The position numbers were made by a program, and so were the translations under genes. Shown here in pieces: positions 40,921-48,922 of a stretch of DNA of 60,028 nt. The number at the start of each line of letters is the position of its first letter. Position 1 is the stretch's first letter. A model generated the notes under the pieces. It saw nothing but the letters and a program-made list of their open reading frames with translations. It was not told the DNA's origin and made no database searches. The DNA is from an uncultured Candidatus Marinamargulisbacteria bacterium (GTDB taxonomy: Bacteria; Margulisbacteria; Riflemargulisbacteria; GWF2-35-9): contig CAYHOI010000001.1 in NCBI GenBank assembly GCA_964358175.1, forward strand, positions 1 to 60,028, given 5' to 3'.

Positions 40921-42209
40921 GTCACGATCCCAACCAAGTCGTATTCATGGGCTTGAGTGATCTGAACTGGCTTGATAGAGCCGATATCAGTGGATTTGAC
41001 ATCCTTTACATGGACAAACCCATCGATTTCAGGGGCATCAAAATAACGGCGGCCCCCTTCATGGTTGTCAATCATTACCGGTATCGTTTTACCAAGATAG
41101 GTCTCATTGAGGGAAGCGCTGATGCCTTTTTGCAAAAGCATGAGCTTATGCACACGAGCTTCTTTAGCTTTGTCGCTCACTTGACCCCTCATGTGAAAAG
41201 ACGGTGCTTCGGATTCGTTAGAATAAGCAAAAACCCCTAAATGATCAAACTTTGTTTCGGAGACATAATCGAACAATTCTTGGAACGACCGTTCATCTTC
41301 TCCAGGGAACCCCACCATCACGGTGGTTCGCAACTTAACGTCCGGTATCAGAGTGCGAAGACCCTGAATAGTCTTGGTAATCTCTTTCTTTGTAGTATGA
41401 CGTCTCATTGCAGTTAATATTGTATCATTGATGTGTTGAATTGGCATGTCGATATATTTCACAAGCTTACTGGACTGTTGCATGGCGTGTATGAGAGGGG
41501 CTGTTATTTTCCCTGGGTGGGCGTATAGGAGCCGGATCCACTCGAGATCTGAAATCGTTTCTAGTTGCATAATGAGATCAGCGAGGCTTTCGGCATTTTT
41601 TGACTGGTAACTAGTGGTGTCCTGGGAGATCAAAATGAGCTCCTTAACCCCTTGGCCAGTCAACTGTTTCGCCTCGGCAAGTATAGCCTGCAAAGGCTTG
41701 GATATGCCCGCCCCACGCAGTCTTGGGATGGTGCAAAAACTGCAAGCGTTACTGCAACCCTCACCGATCTTCAGGTAAGCATAATGGCTTGGAGTTGCTA
41801 GTTTTCGGTAAAGATTTCCTTCAAAGTTTTGGTTGCGGTGGGCTTGTCGAGAATCGTGGGAACATCCGCTGATTAGCCCTTCAATTAAAGAGGTTATTTG
41901 ATTTAGGGCTCCTGTGTTAAGTATTCCATCTATGAAAGGAAAGGATTCAAAAACAGAATCTTTCTGATCTTCAACGAAGCAGCCGGTTAAAATAATTTTT
42001 CTATTCCCTGTTTTCCACGACTGCAACTCATGAAGTGTAGCGATGGTTTCTTGGCGGGCAGCAGAGATAAAGCTACAGGAATTAAGCACCATAATATCAG
42101 CTTTTTCCATGGCGTTAACAAGGACATACTTGTTTCCAAGCTGGCCCATCATGGTTTCGGTGTCCGTTAAATTCTTCGGACACCCCAGGCTGATAAAGCC
42201 GATGTTCAC
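40917..42209 (-). CDS. rimO: ribosomal protein S12 methylthiotransferase RimO
   Basis: N-terminal MTTase domain (ISLGCPKN), radical-SAM motif CSNACSFC, and a C-terminal TRAM domain. Confidence 0.85.
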   Translation of the reverse strand: MNIGFISLGCPKNLTDTETMMGQLGNKYVLVNAMEKADIMVLNSCSFISAARQETIATLHELQSWKTGNRKIILTGCFVEDQKDSVFESFPFIDGILNTGALNQITSLIEGLISGCSHDSRQAHRNQNFEGNLYRKLATPSHYAYLKIGEGCSNACSFCTIPRLRGAGISKPLQAILAEAKQLTGQGVKELILISQDTTSYQSKNAESLADLIMQLETISDLEWIRLLYAHPGKITAPLIHAMQQSSKLVKYIDMPIQHINDTILTAMRRHTTKKEITKTIQGLRTLIPDVKLRTTVMVGFPGEDERSFQELFDYVSETKFDHLGVFAYSNESEAPSFHMRGQVSDKAKEARVHKLMLLQKGISASLNETYLGKTIPVMIDNHEGGRRYFDAPEIDGFVHVKDVKSTDIGSIKPVQITQAHEYDLVGIVT

Positions 42210-42216
42210 AAAAGGA

Positions 42217-43389
42217 CTAGAGTTCTTTTTTCAGAACGTTAACCTTATCGAGTTTTTCCCAAGAGAAGATCTCTCGTCCGAAATGCCCATAAGAGGCTGT
42301 TTTCTGATAAATAGGACGTCTAAGGTCTAGAGCGTCAATGATATCCTTTGGTTTTATCGGGAAATGTTTGTAGATCAATTCCGTAATCTTTTCGTTTGGA
42401 ATTTTCTCAGTGCCGAAGGTCTCAACGTAGATGGCAATAGGTTCTGCAACGCCAATGGCATAAGCCAACTGAACCTCACACTTATCTGCAAGATTCGCTG
42501 CAACTAAGTTTTTGGCGATATACCGAGCGGCATAAGCACCCGAGCGATCTACTTTTGAGGGATCCTTGCCACTAAAAGCACCTCCGCCATGACGACTCAT
42601 TCCGCCATAGCTGTCTACAATGATTTTCCGTCCCGTGAGTCCGCAGTCGCCCATCGGGCCACCAATGACGAAACGCCCCGTCGGGTTAATGTAAATGAGG
42701 TTATCTTGGAGACCCTCACGGAGGTTTGGAGGAATCACGGTATTAATGACGTGTTGAATTAAATCTTTTCGAATGGTTGCATGAATCGCTGATTCGCTAT
42801 GTTGTGTCGAAATAACAACGGAGTAGACATGATCTGGTTTGCCATTTTTATAGGCCACGGTGACTTGAGATTTGCTGTCAGGTTTCAGGTAGGGGAGGGT
42901 TCCATCCTTGCGAAGGTCGGATAGTTTGTGTAGAAGTTGATGAGAAAGCATGATGGGCAGAGGCATGTACTCGGCGGTTTCATTAGAAGCGTAGCCGAAC
43001 ATGATTCCCTGGTCGCCTGCCCCTTGTTCTGAGAAAAGCCCCTGGCCTTCTGAAACGCCCTGAGAAATATCTGCAGATTGTTTCCCTACAGATACGATGA
43101 CCCCGCAAGTTTGACTATCAAAGCCATCATCGCTGTGGGAGTACCCAATTTCTCGAATGGTACGTCGCACGATCTCTTCATAGTCCACGATGCCCTTAGA
43201 GGTGATTTCGCCTGAGACGATGACCAGGCCAGTTTTGATAAGCGTTTCACAGGCGACTCGAGAATGAGGATCTAGGGCTAGGTGAGCATCCAGAATGGCA
43301 TCGCTGACTTGGTCGGCTATTTTGTCTGGATGGCCTTCCGAAACACTTTCGGATGTGAACAAGTAGGTGTCTTTTGCAATTGGGATCAT
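42217..43389 (-). CDS. metK: S-adenosylmethionine synthetase
   Basis: Motifs: [29 protein letters not shown], and [16 protein letters not shown]. Confidence 0.95.
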   Translation of the reverse strand: MIPIAKDTYLFTSESVSEGHPDKIADQVSDAILDAHLALDPHSRVACETLIKTGLVIVSGEITSKGIVDYEEIVRRTIREIGYSHSDDGFDSQTCGVIVSVGKQSADISQGVSEGQGLFSEQGAGDQGIMFGYASNETAEYMPLPIMLSHQLLHKLSDLRKDGTLPYLKPDSKSQVTVAYKNGKPDHVYSVVISTQHSESAIHATIRKDLIQHVINTVIPPNLREGLQDNLIYINPTGRFVIGGPMGDCGLTGRKIIVDSYGGMSRHGGGAFSGKDPSKVDRSGAYAARYIAKNLVAANLADKCEVQLAYAIGVAEPIAIYVETFGTEKIPNEKITELIYKHFPIKPKDIIDALDLRRPIYQKTASYGHFGREIFSWEKLDKVNVLKKEL

Positions 43390-43529
43390 GATGTTCTCCT
43401 TTTATTGAATGTTTAGAAATGACTTCTAGCGGGAATATTATAACTGAAAGTCGAAGTGGGGGGTAGAGGTGAATAAAGAAATAATGAAGGAGTCTCTGTG
43501 TGAATTGAATAGGCCTATTCATAAAAATA

Positions 43530-43558
43530 TTGACATCCCCATCCCAGTCTACGATACT
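43530..43558 (+). promoter_or_regulatory. sigma-70-type promoter TTGACA-17-GATACT
   Basis: ttgaca lies at 43530-43535 and gatact at 43553-43558. The ATG at 43566 sits 7 nt after the -10 element. The TTG start in the ORF track is the -35 box itself. Confidence 0.4.
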
Positions 43559-43565
43559 TTCGAAT

Positions 43566-45350
43566 ATGGAAGATCTGTTTCATGTCCAAATTGTTAGACT
43601 TCGCAAGGACTGTGAGAACCTGAAAAGCGAAGAGGATCTTGTGAGCGTGGTCTTTGACTTTCTCAAACAAGCGAATCTAATGACCTCTTTTTCAGCATTT
43701 CTGACCATTAACCATTTTGGTAGTGGTGTTCTCTACGGTAACAGCGAATTCCCAACACAGTTAATCAGTGAGCGACGCGAGCAAATACTCTCACGTTTTG
43801 AAAAGATAGGGAATGCAGATTTTAGGCATCGTCAATTGATGCTTTTTATCGAGGAACGGAACGGGGACCAGCATCAGAATTTTGAGGTTGATAATTTGGT
43901 TCTTTTTCCAATGGTGCTTGAGAATAAACTAGAGGGAGCACTACTCATCTATAGTCCCACGGGGATATTGCCGAATTATGATAAATATCAACTGGTGTCC
44001 TGGGTATTTCAGGAACACTATTTCATGATTTCTCGAAAACATCAGTCCTTGCTCTACAAGAAAATGGAGGCCATGAATGAGGCACGCGAGATGATTTACT
44101 GTGTGATGAGCATTGATGACATGTTGTCTATACTAGGGGACATCGTTCTGGGGCACGCCAAAGCGGATATGGCTTTCCTCGCACTATACGAGGGAGAAAA
44201 TAAACAGGTTGTGGTGCGAGCCAGCTGGAATTCGCCCTTGGGGAAGGTGACTGAAACCAGGATAAGTCACTTTGAGCGTGATTTTCCGGATAATTTGCCT
44301 TCTATAGAAATAGAAGATAAAGGGAATATGTTTGAGCTGGCAAAGAACAGTGCTACAAAAATATTGAAGCTTAACTCGGTGAAGCTTTTACGCTCAGATA
44401 ATCCTGACATCATTGACATTCTTATCCCAGAAATGTTGTTTATTCCGCTGGTCATCCGTGAACGTGAAATTGGATTTCTATGTGTGATTCGAAGAATGTT
44501 TGCTCGAGAGAAAATTTCTGATACAGATATATCCATTCTTGAAACTATTATTTCTCTTGCAGCTTCATCCATTGAGAATAATAGGCTTTATGAGCAAACT
44601 CTCAAGGAACAGATTACCCAAAAGGAGCTCCAAGTGGCTCAAAGCATCCAAATGGGCCTGCAAGCTAAAATTAAGCCGAAACTCAGAAATTTTCAGATCT
44701 TTGCCATGTCATTACCTGCTCGAGTCATCGGGGGAGATTATTATGATTTCTTTCCTTTATCAGAATCACGGTTGGTGGCTACGCTGACAGATATTGTTGG
44801 GAAGGGCATCCCTGCTGCTTTAATTATGGCTTTTTTTAAAGGTATTATGCAGTCTTCCGTGTTTGGCCAGGGCGGTCCCGATCAGATTTTATCGGTGATT
44901 AATGAGAACTTATGTAAGAGCAAGAGTGTTAAGAATTATATCCCGAGCGTTTTTGGGTTGATAAATGATGATGACTGTACCTTCACGTATTCGAATGCAG
45001 GACATGAAACCCCTTTATATTTTCATGCGGGAACTCAGTCCTTTAAACTGTTGGATAAGGGTGGGCTTCCTTTGGGGGCGATGAGTGACAGTACGTACGA
45101 GCAGGAGTCCGTCTTTATGGAGACAGGAGATATTGTTATGATGTTTACAGATGGGGTAACGGAAGCCAGAAATAAAGAAGGTGTGGACTATGGCTCTGAG
45201 CGGGTTCACAATTTTGTTAGGCAGTATCAATCCCTGACGGCTGAACAATTTGTTGATAAGCTTTCAGAAGAGATCCTGAGCTATTCCCAAGATGTACCCC
45301 TTCATGATGACATGACTATTGTTGTTATTAAGCGGACAGAGGCTTCCTAA
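43566..45350 (+). CDS. GAF-domain PP2C (SpoIIE/RsbU-type) serine phosphatase
   Basis: The C-terminal PPM domain contains VIGGDYYDFF, DIVGKGIPAALIM, NAGHETPLYF, FTDGVTEA and HDDMTIVVIK. The N-terminal ~380 aa are GAF-like. The start is taken at MEDLFHV; the maximal ORF starts at 43530. Confidence 0.75.
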   Translation: MEDLFHVQIVRLRKDCENLKSEEDLVSVVFDFLKQANLMTSFSAFLTINHFGSGVLYGNSEFPTQLISERREQILSRFEKIGNADFRHRQLMLFIEERNGDQHQNFEVDNLVLFPMVLENKLEGALLIYSPTGILPNYDKYQLVSWVFQEHYFMISRKHQSLLYKKMEAMNEAREMIYCVMSIDDMLSILGDIVLGHAKADMAFLALYEGENKQVVVRASWNSPLGKVTETRISHFERDFPDNLPSIEIEDKGNMFELAKNSATKILKLNSVKLLRSDNPDIIDILIPEMLFIPLVIREREIGFLCVIRRMFAREKISDTDISILETIISLAASSIENNRLYEQTLKEQITQKELQVAQSIQMGLQAKIKPKLRNFQIFAMSLPARVIGGDYYDFFPLSESRLVATLTDIVGKGIPAALIMAFFKGIMQSSVFGQGGPDQILSVINENLCKSKSVKNYIPSVFGLINDDDCTFTYSNAGHETPLYFHAGTQSFKLLDKGGLPLGAMSDSTYEQESVFMETGDIVMMFTDGVTEARNKEGVDYGSERVHNFVRQYQSLTAEQFVDKLSEEILSYSQDVPLHDDMTIVVIKRTEAS

Positions 45351-45355
45351 GATTA

Positions 45356-45384
45356 TTGACAAGGGGTTGGGGCTAGTATAGTAT
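45356..45384 (+). promoter_or_regulatory. sigma-70-type promoter TTGACA-17-TAGTAT
   Basis: ttgaca lies at 45356-45361 and tagtat at 45379-45384, ~24 nt upstream of the STAS gene ATG at 45408. Confidence 0.4.
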
Positions 45385-45407
45385 CAATGTTGAGAGAGAT
45401 AAAGTGA

Positions 45408-45794
45408 ATGAAAGAGGGTGAGCTCTTGGAAGTTGTAAAGGAATTTCGGAATAATGTATCGGTTGTGATATTAGGAGCGAAAAAAGAAGGCCAGAGTGTT
45501 TCTGGTGAGATTGAGCTTGATGTTGATAATAATTATCAGCTTACAGAGGCTGTTGAGGGAGAATTGGCCGCAGGTCATTTGAAAATTCTTCTTAATATTA
45601 AGCTTGTAAGCTATGTGGATTCATCAGGCTTGGGTGCCATTTTTGATAGCTATAAACAGACCGTTGAAAAAGGTGGGCAGTTTAAGTTAGTAAGCACCAA
45701 TATCGAGGTTCGAAGGATCCTCGATATTACGAAGATTTCAAAGAAGATCGAAATATTTGGTTCAGAGGATGAAGCTCTTCGTACTTTTGGTTAG
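45408..45794 (+). CDS. STAS-domain anti-sigma-factor antagonist (RsbV/SpoIIAA-like)
   Basis: 128 aa. The segment YVDSSGLGAIFDSY carries the conserved phosphorylatable Ser context (DSSGLG). Confidence 0.75.
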   Translation: MKEGELLEVVKEFRNNVSVVILGAKKEGQSVSGEIELDVDNNYQLTEAVEGELAAGHLKILLNIKLVSYVDSSGLGAIFDSYKQTVEKGGQFKLVSTNIEVRRILDITKISKKIEIFGSEDEALRTFG

Positions 45795-45797
45795 TCC

Positions 45798-46160
45798 TTA
45801 GATCGAGAGAGACTGTTGCACTTTATCTAACAATTCAGTTGCCCTGAACGGTTTTGAGAAGTGATCATTGAAGCCTTGTCGAATAACTTCCTGTTTATCC
45901 CCTTCGTAGGCTTTTGCGGTAAGCGCAATGATGTAGGAATCCTTGTTTAGTGAAATTTGTCTAATTTCCTTTAAAGTGTCGTAGCCATCCTTGCCCTCCA
46001 TCATCAAATCCAAAAAAATAAGGGGGAATGACTGTTCACGGCAAAGATCAATAGCGGAGTTCCCATTGTTTGCAGTGGTGACTTGATAGCCATCTATTTC
46101 TAATATAGCTTGAACAAGCGTTAGGATATCTTGTTTATCATCAACCACAAGAATGTTCAT
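45798..46160 (-). CDS. single-domain response regulator (CheY-like REC)
   Basis: MNILVVDDKQD...LIFLDLMMEGKDG...ALTAKA...KPF. The start overlaps the cheV stop by 4 nt. Confidence 0.8.
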   Translation of the reverse strand: MNILVVDDKQDILTLVQAILEIDGYQVTTANNGNSAIDLCREQSFPLIFLDLMMEGKDGYDTLKEIRQISLNKDSYIIALTAKAYEGDKQEVIRQGFNDHFSKPFRATELLDKVQQSLSI

Positions 46161-47104
46161 AATATCTTTTGAATGGACTCCAGGAGAGATGTCGCATTAA
46201 ATTTTGTTAGGAAATCTGTCGCCCCAACAGCGGAACCCCGATCTTGTATGATTGATCGGCTAAGGGAAGAGTGCAGGATAACTGGCAACTCGCGCAACAG
46301 AGGGTCTTCCTTAATGCGACGGGTGAACGTAAATCCATCCATGAGGGGCATCTCTATATCGCTGATGACGATTCCGATTTCGTCTGTGATTGAGCGATTC
46401 TGGGTGGCCGCCTTTTGTGAAAGATCGTGTAAAATGTTTAACCCCTCTATACCGTTGACTGCCTCAATAACGGTATACCCTGAATCCTCGAGCACTTTTC
46501 GCGCCATTTTCCTTGCTATACCAGAATCGTCAACACAAAGCAGGGTGGTCGGCTTTACCACTTTTACTGGATTGGGTGTCGAGTCCGTGAGAGAGTCCAC
46601 ATAGGCAAGATTCATGTCGCCGATGATTTTTTCAAAGTCTAAGATAAGCATAATGTCTTTGTTTTCAAACAGAGTAATGGAGGTCACAAGATCCCCGAAT
46701 TCGCTTCTGATCTCTTCTGGCGGACTGACGATTTCGCTCCAGGAAATGCGGCAGATCTTCTTGATTTCATCAACCATGAATCCACAAGTAATATCGTTGA
46801 AAGAGGTGACGATGAGATAGTTCGCTCTGCTGCCGGAAAAGGTATACCCTAGTTTCTTCCGGAGATTAATGATGGGAATGATGTGGCCTCGAAGATTAAT
46901 CATGCCCTCCAGGAAATCATTTGAACTTGGAACTTTTGAGATATTTTCAGGATTGAAGACAACTTCTTTGACTTTGTAAACGTTGATGCCGAAGATTTGT
47001 TCCTGATGGCCTGTAGGCTTAAGTGGATTAAGTAAGCGAAAATCAATCATCTCAATCGTATTTTCTGTATCTTTAACGGATTCGAGTTTATTTAGACCGG
47101 CCAT
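46157..47104 (-). CDS. cheV: chemotaxis protein CheV (CheW-like domain + REC)
   Basis: The N-terminal CheW-like domain contains IFGINVYKVKEVV...GMINLRGHIIPIINLRKKLG. The C-terminal REC contains LLCVDDSGIARK...ISDIEMPLMDG. Confidence 0.8.
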   Translation of the reverse strand: MAGLNKLESVKDTENTIEMIDFRLLNPLKPTGHQEQIFGINVYKVKEVVFNPENISKVPSSNDFLEGMINLRGHIIPIINLRKKLGYTFSGSRANYLIVTSFNDITCGFMVDEIKKICRISWSEIVSPPEEIRSEFGDLVTSITLFENKDIMLILDFEKIIGDMNLAYVDSLTDSTPNPVKVVKPTTLLCVDDSGIARKMARKVLEDSGYTVIEAVNGIEGLNILHDLSQKAATQNRSITDEIGIVISDIEMPLMDGFTFTRRIKEDPLLRELPVILHSSLSRSIIQDRGSAVGATDFLTKFNATSLLESIQKIL

Positions 47105-47143
47105 TGTGACACCCCTTCGCGTAAGCTTTTATACTTCGACCGA

Positions 47144-47179
47144 ATTGGTTTTCGGTTTTTCCAAAACCTGAAAACCAAT
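47144..47179. other. 16-bp interrupted hairpin in the tsaC-cheV spacer
   Basis: attggttttc-ggtttt / tcc loop / aaaacc-t-gaaaaccaat. No flanking U-tract on either strand. Confidence 0.3.
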
Positions 47180-47190
47180 AGCTCAGCATA

Positions 47191-47254
47191 ACTAAGACTA
47201 GTTCGACAGGCTCACTACAAGGAAAATTGATCCGAAAATCAATTAAGTCTTAGT
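47191..47254. other. nested inverted repeat in the tsaC-cheV spacer
   Basis: The outer arms are actaagac (47191-47198) and gtcttagt (47247-47254). The inner arms are aattgat (47225-47231) and atcaatt (47238-47244). Confidence 0.3.
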
Positions 47255-47260
47255 ATATCA

Positions 47261-47875
47261 TTATAGAGGATGTTGGCCTATTAATGAAGTAAAAAAGAAA
47301 ACATGGCCTTGTCGAAGTACTGTCGGGGTTTCTCCTGATAAATCAACGATAGTGGAAGGCACATTGGACAATTCTTGTTCCCACGGAATGACATAATCTA
47401 GTTTTCTAACCAGAAGTTGGGGGATATCGAGGTGGCGACAGATGGGGGGTTCACCGCTTTGATTGAGACTTGTTACAACGAGAGCCTTCCCGTAAAGACG
47501 AAGGACGTCTAGTGTGAGACGATGATTTGGAATCCGAATGCCAATGGTGTTGCTTTGACATGGAAGGCGAAGGAACTGTTTCTTTTTGAAAATGAAAGTG
47601 ATTTCTCCTGGCCAGTACTTTTGCAAGAGTTGAAGGGAAGTATCAGAGAGGTGCGAGGAGTCGACTAGATCAAAAAGTTGATCGGTTGAATGGACTTGAA
47701 GGATTAAATGTTTATCAGCCCCGCGGTTTTTGAAGGCATATATTTTCTCAATGGCCTCTGGGTTGTAGGCATCGGCGGCTAGACCGTAGACCGTATCCGT
47801 GGGGATGGCAATGATCCCTCCGTTTGCAAGTGCTTTGCAGGCAGACCCAAGATGTTCAGATTTAGTGATGCTCAT
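47261..47875 (-). CDS. tsaC: L-threonylcarbamoyladenylate synthase, short TsaC/YrdC type
   Basis: GGIIAIPTDTVYGLAADA motif, 204 aa, with no Sua5 C-terminal domain. Confidence 0.8.
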   Translation of the reverse strand: MSITKSEHLGSACKALANGGIIAIPTDTVYGLAADAYNPEAIEKIYAFKNRGADKHLILQVHSTDQLFDLVDSSHLSDTSLQLLQKYWPGEITFIFKKKQFLRLPCQSNTIGIRIPNHRLTLDVLRLYGKALVVTSLNQSGEPPICRHLDIPQLLVRKLDYVIPWEQELSNVPSTIVDLSGETPTVLRQGHVFFFTSLIGQHPL

Positions 47876-48557
47876 TTCTGGCCAGTTTAATAGGGATAAG
47901 CTTTATGACCAATGGACAGCTGATCAGGCTGCTCCCGATTAGAATTAAGGCGAAAAACAGGCGTGTAGATTCGCTGGTTGTGGGCGCTAACAGAAAATAG
48001 CTGAGCGTGAGGAAAAGGATATGAACCGGGATGAGAATAATCTCATATTTCCATCGAGTGCGAATCAGAAAGAAGAGGAACAAGAGCGTTAAGTAGCTGA
48101 ACTGGAGAAGACTGTGTGAAACCATGTATATGAATAGGTTAGGCGGCACCAGATGAGTTTGGGTGAAATAAGTCAAACTAGTCATGAATGCAAAGAAGTT
48201 CACGAGGCCGAGGGCAACTCCTTTCATAAATAAGTACCCTATGATAAAAAAAATCCAGTTTGAAGGCGGAGCCAGATGGTGAGTTTCCTTATGAACGAAC
48301 CATCGAACAGCCCCTTCGATGGCGATAAAAATCGTGATACTGTAAAAGGGCTCGGGGATGGGTGTATGTCCAATCAGGAATAAAAACTTGATGGCTGTGA
48401 ATAGGCTTAATCCGACGCCTAACCAGAAGTAACGGGTTTTGGGACTGGCGTGGTGTTGGTAGTAAAGAATCAATAACAGGGGAATCCCCACCAAGAGGAG
48501 TTCCGAAATCATTGTAGAAACGAGGAGCCATCGTAATGCAGAGGGAACGGGTGTCAC
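47862..48557 (-). CDS. hypothetical polytopic membrane protein
   Basis: 231 aa with roughly 7 hydrophobic segments. GTGA start/stop overlap with cheY and a 14-nt overlap with tsaC. I recognise no family. Confidence 0.5.
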   Translation of the reverse strand: MTPVPSALRWLLVSTMISELLLVGIPLLLILYYQHHASPKTRYFWLGVGLSLFTAIKFLFLIGHTPIPEPFYSITIFIAIEGAVRWFVHKETHHLAPPSNWIFFIIGYLFMKGVALGLVNFFAFMTSLTYFTQTHLVPPNLFIYMVSHSLLQFSYLTLLFLFFLIRTRWKYEIILIPVHILFLTLSYFLLAPTTSESTRLFFALILIGSSLISCPLVIKLIPIKLARNEHH

Positions 48558-48922
48558 GTGTTATTTATTTGAGACAGAGCCTTTTCGATTGCACCAAGCA
48601 CCTTTCTCGGTTCGAATGGTTTTGTAACGTAGTCTATTGCGCCTGCCCCGGTAGCTTCAATGATTTTTGACTGTTGTCCCATGCTACTCATAATAACAAT
48701 CTTGGCCTGTGGATAGGACGCGAGAATCTGCTTCATCGCGGAGATTCCATCAAGATCAGGCATCAGAATGTCCATAAAGACCAAGTGGGACTGGTGAACT
48801 TTATAAAGCTCAAAAGCCTCGGGGGACTTCAGGCAAGTGATGACCTCATGTTGATGATCAATCAAAAAAGCCTTCAGCCTTGAAACGAATAAAGGGGAGT
48901 CGTCAACTATGAGTATATTCAT
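48554..48922 (-). CDS. cheY: chemotaxis response regulator CheY
   Basis: MNILIVDDSPLF...VFMDILMPDLDG...IVIMSS...YVTKPF, 122 aa. The start lies inside the last 20 nt of cheA. Confidence 0.8.
   Translation of the reverse strand: MNILIVDDSPLFVSRLKAFLIDHQHEVITCLKSPEAFELYKVHQSHLVFMDILMPDLDGISAMKQILASYPQAKIVIMSSMGQQSKIIEATGAGAIDYVTKPFEPRKVLGAIEKALSQINNT

Noticed and set aside
43390-43529. A possible SAM riboswitch upstream of metK.
   Set aside because: The ~140-nt leader/promoter region read on the minus strand lacks the conserved SAM-I core segments, and only ~50 nt separate a TATAAT from the start codon. That is too short for the aptamer.
47178-47210. tRNA-like words (atagctcagc ... agttcgaca).
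   Set aside because: No acceptor, anticodon or T stems can be drawn around them. The T-loop-like ttcgaca lacks a flanking 5-bp stem.
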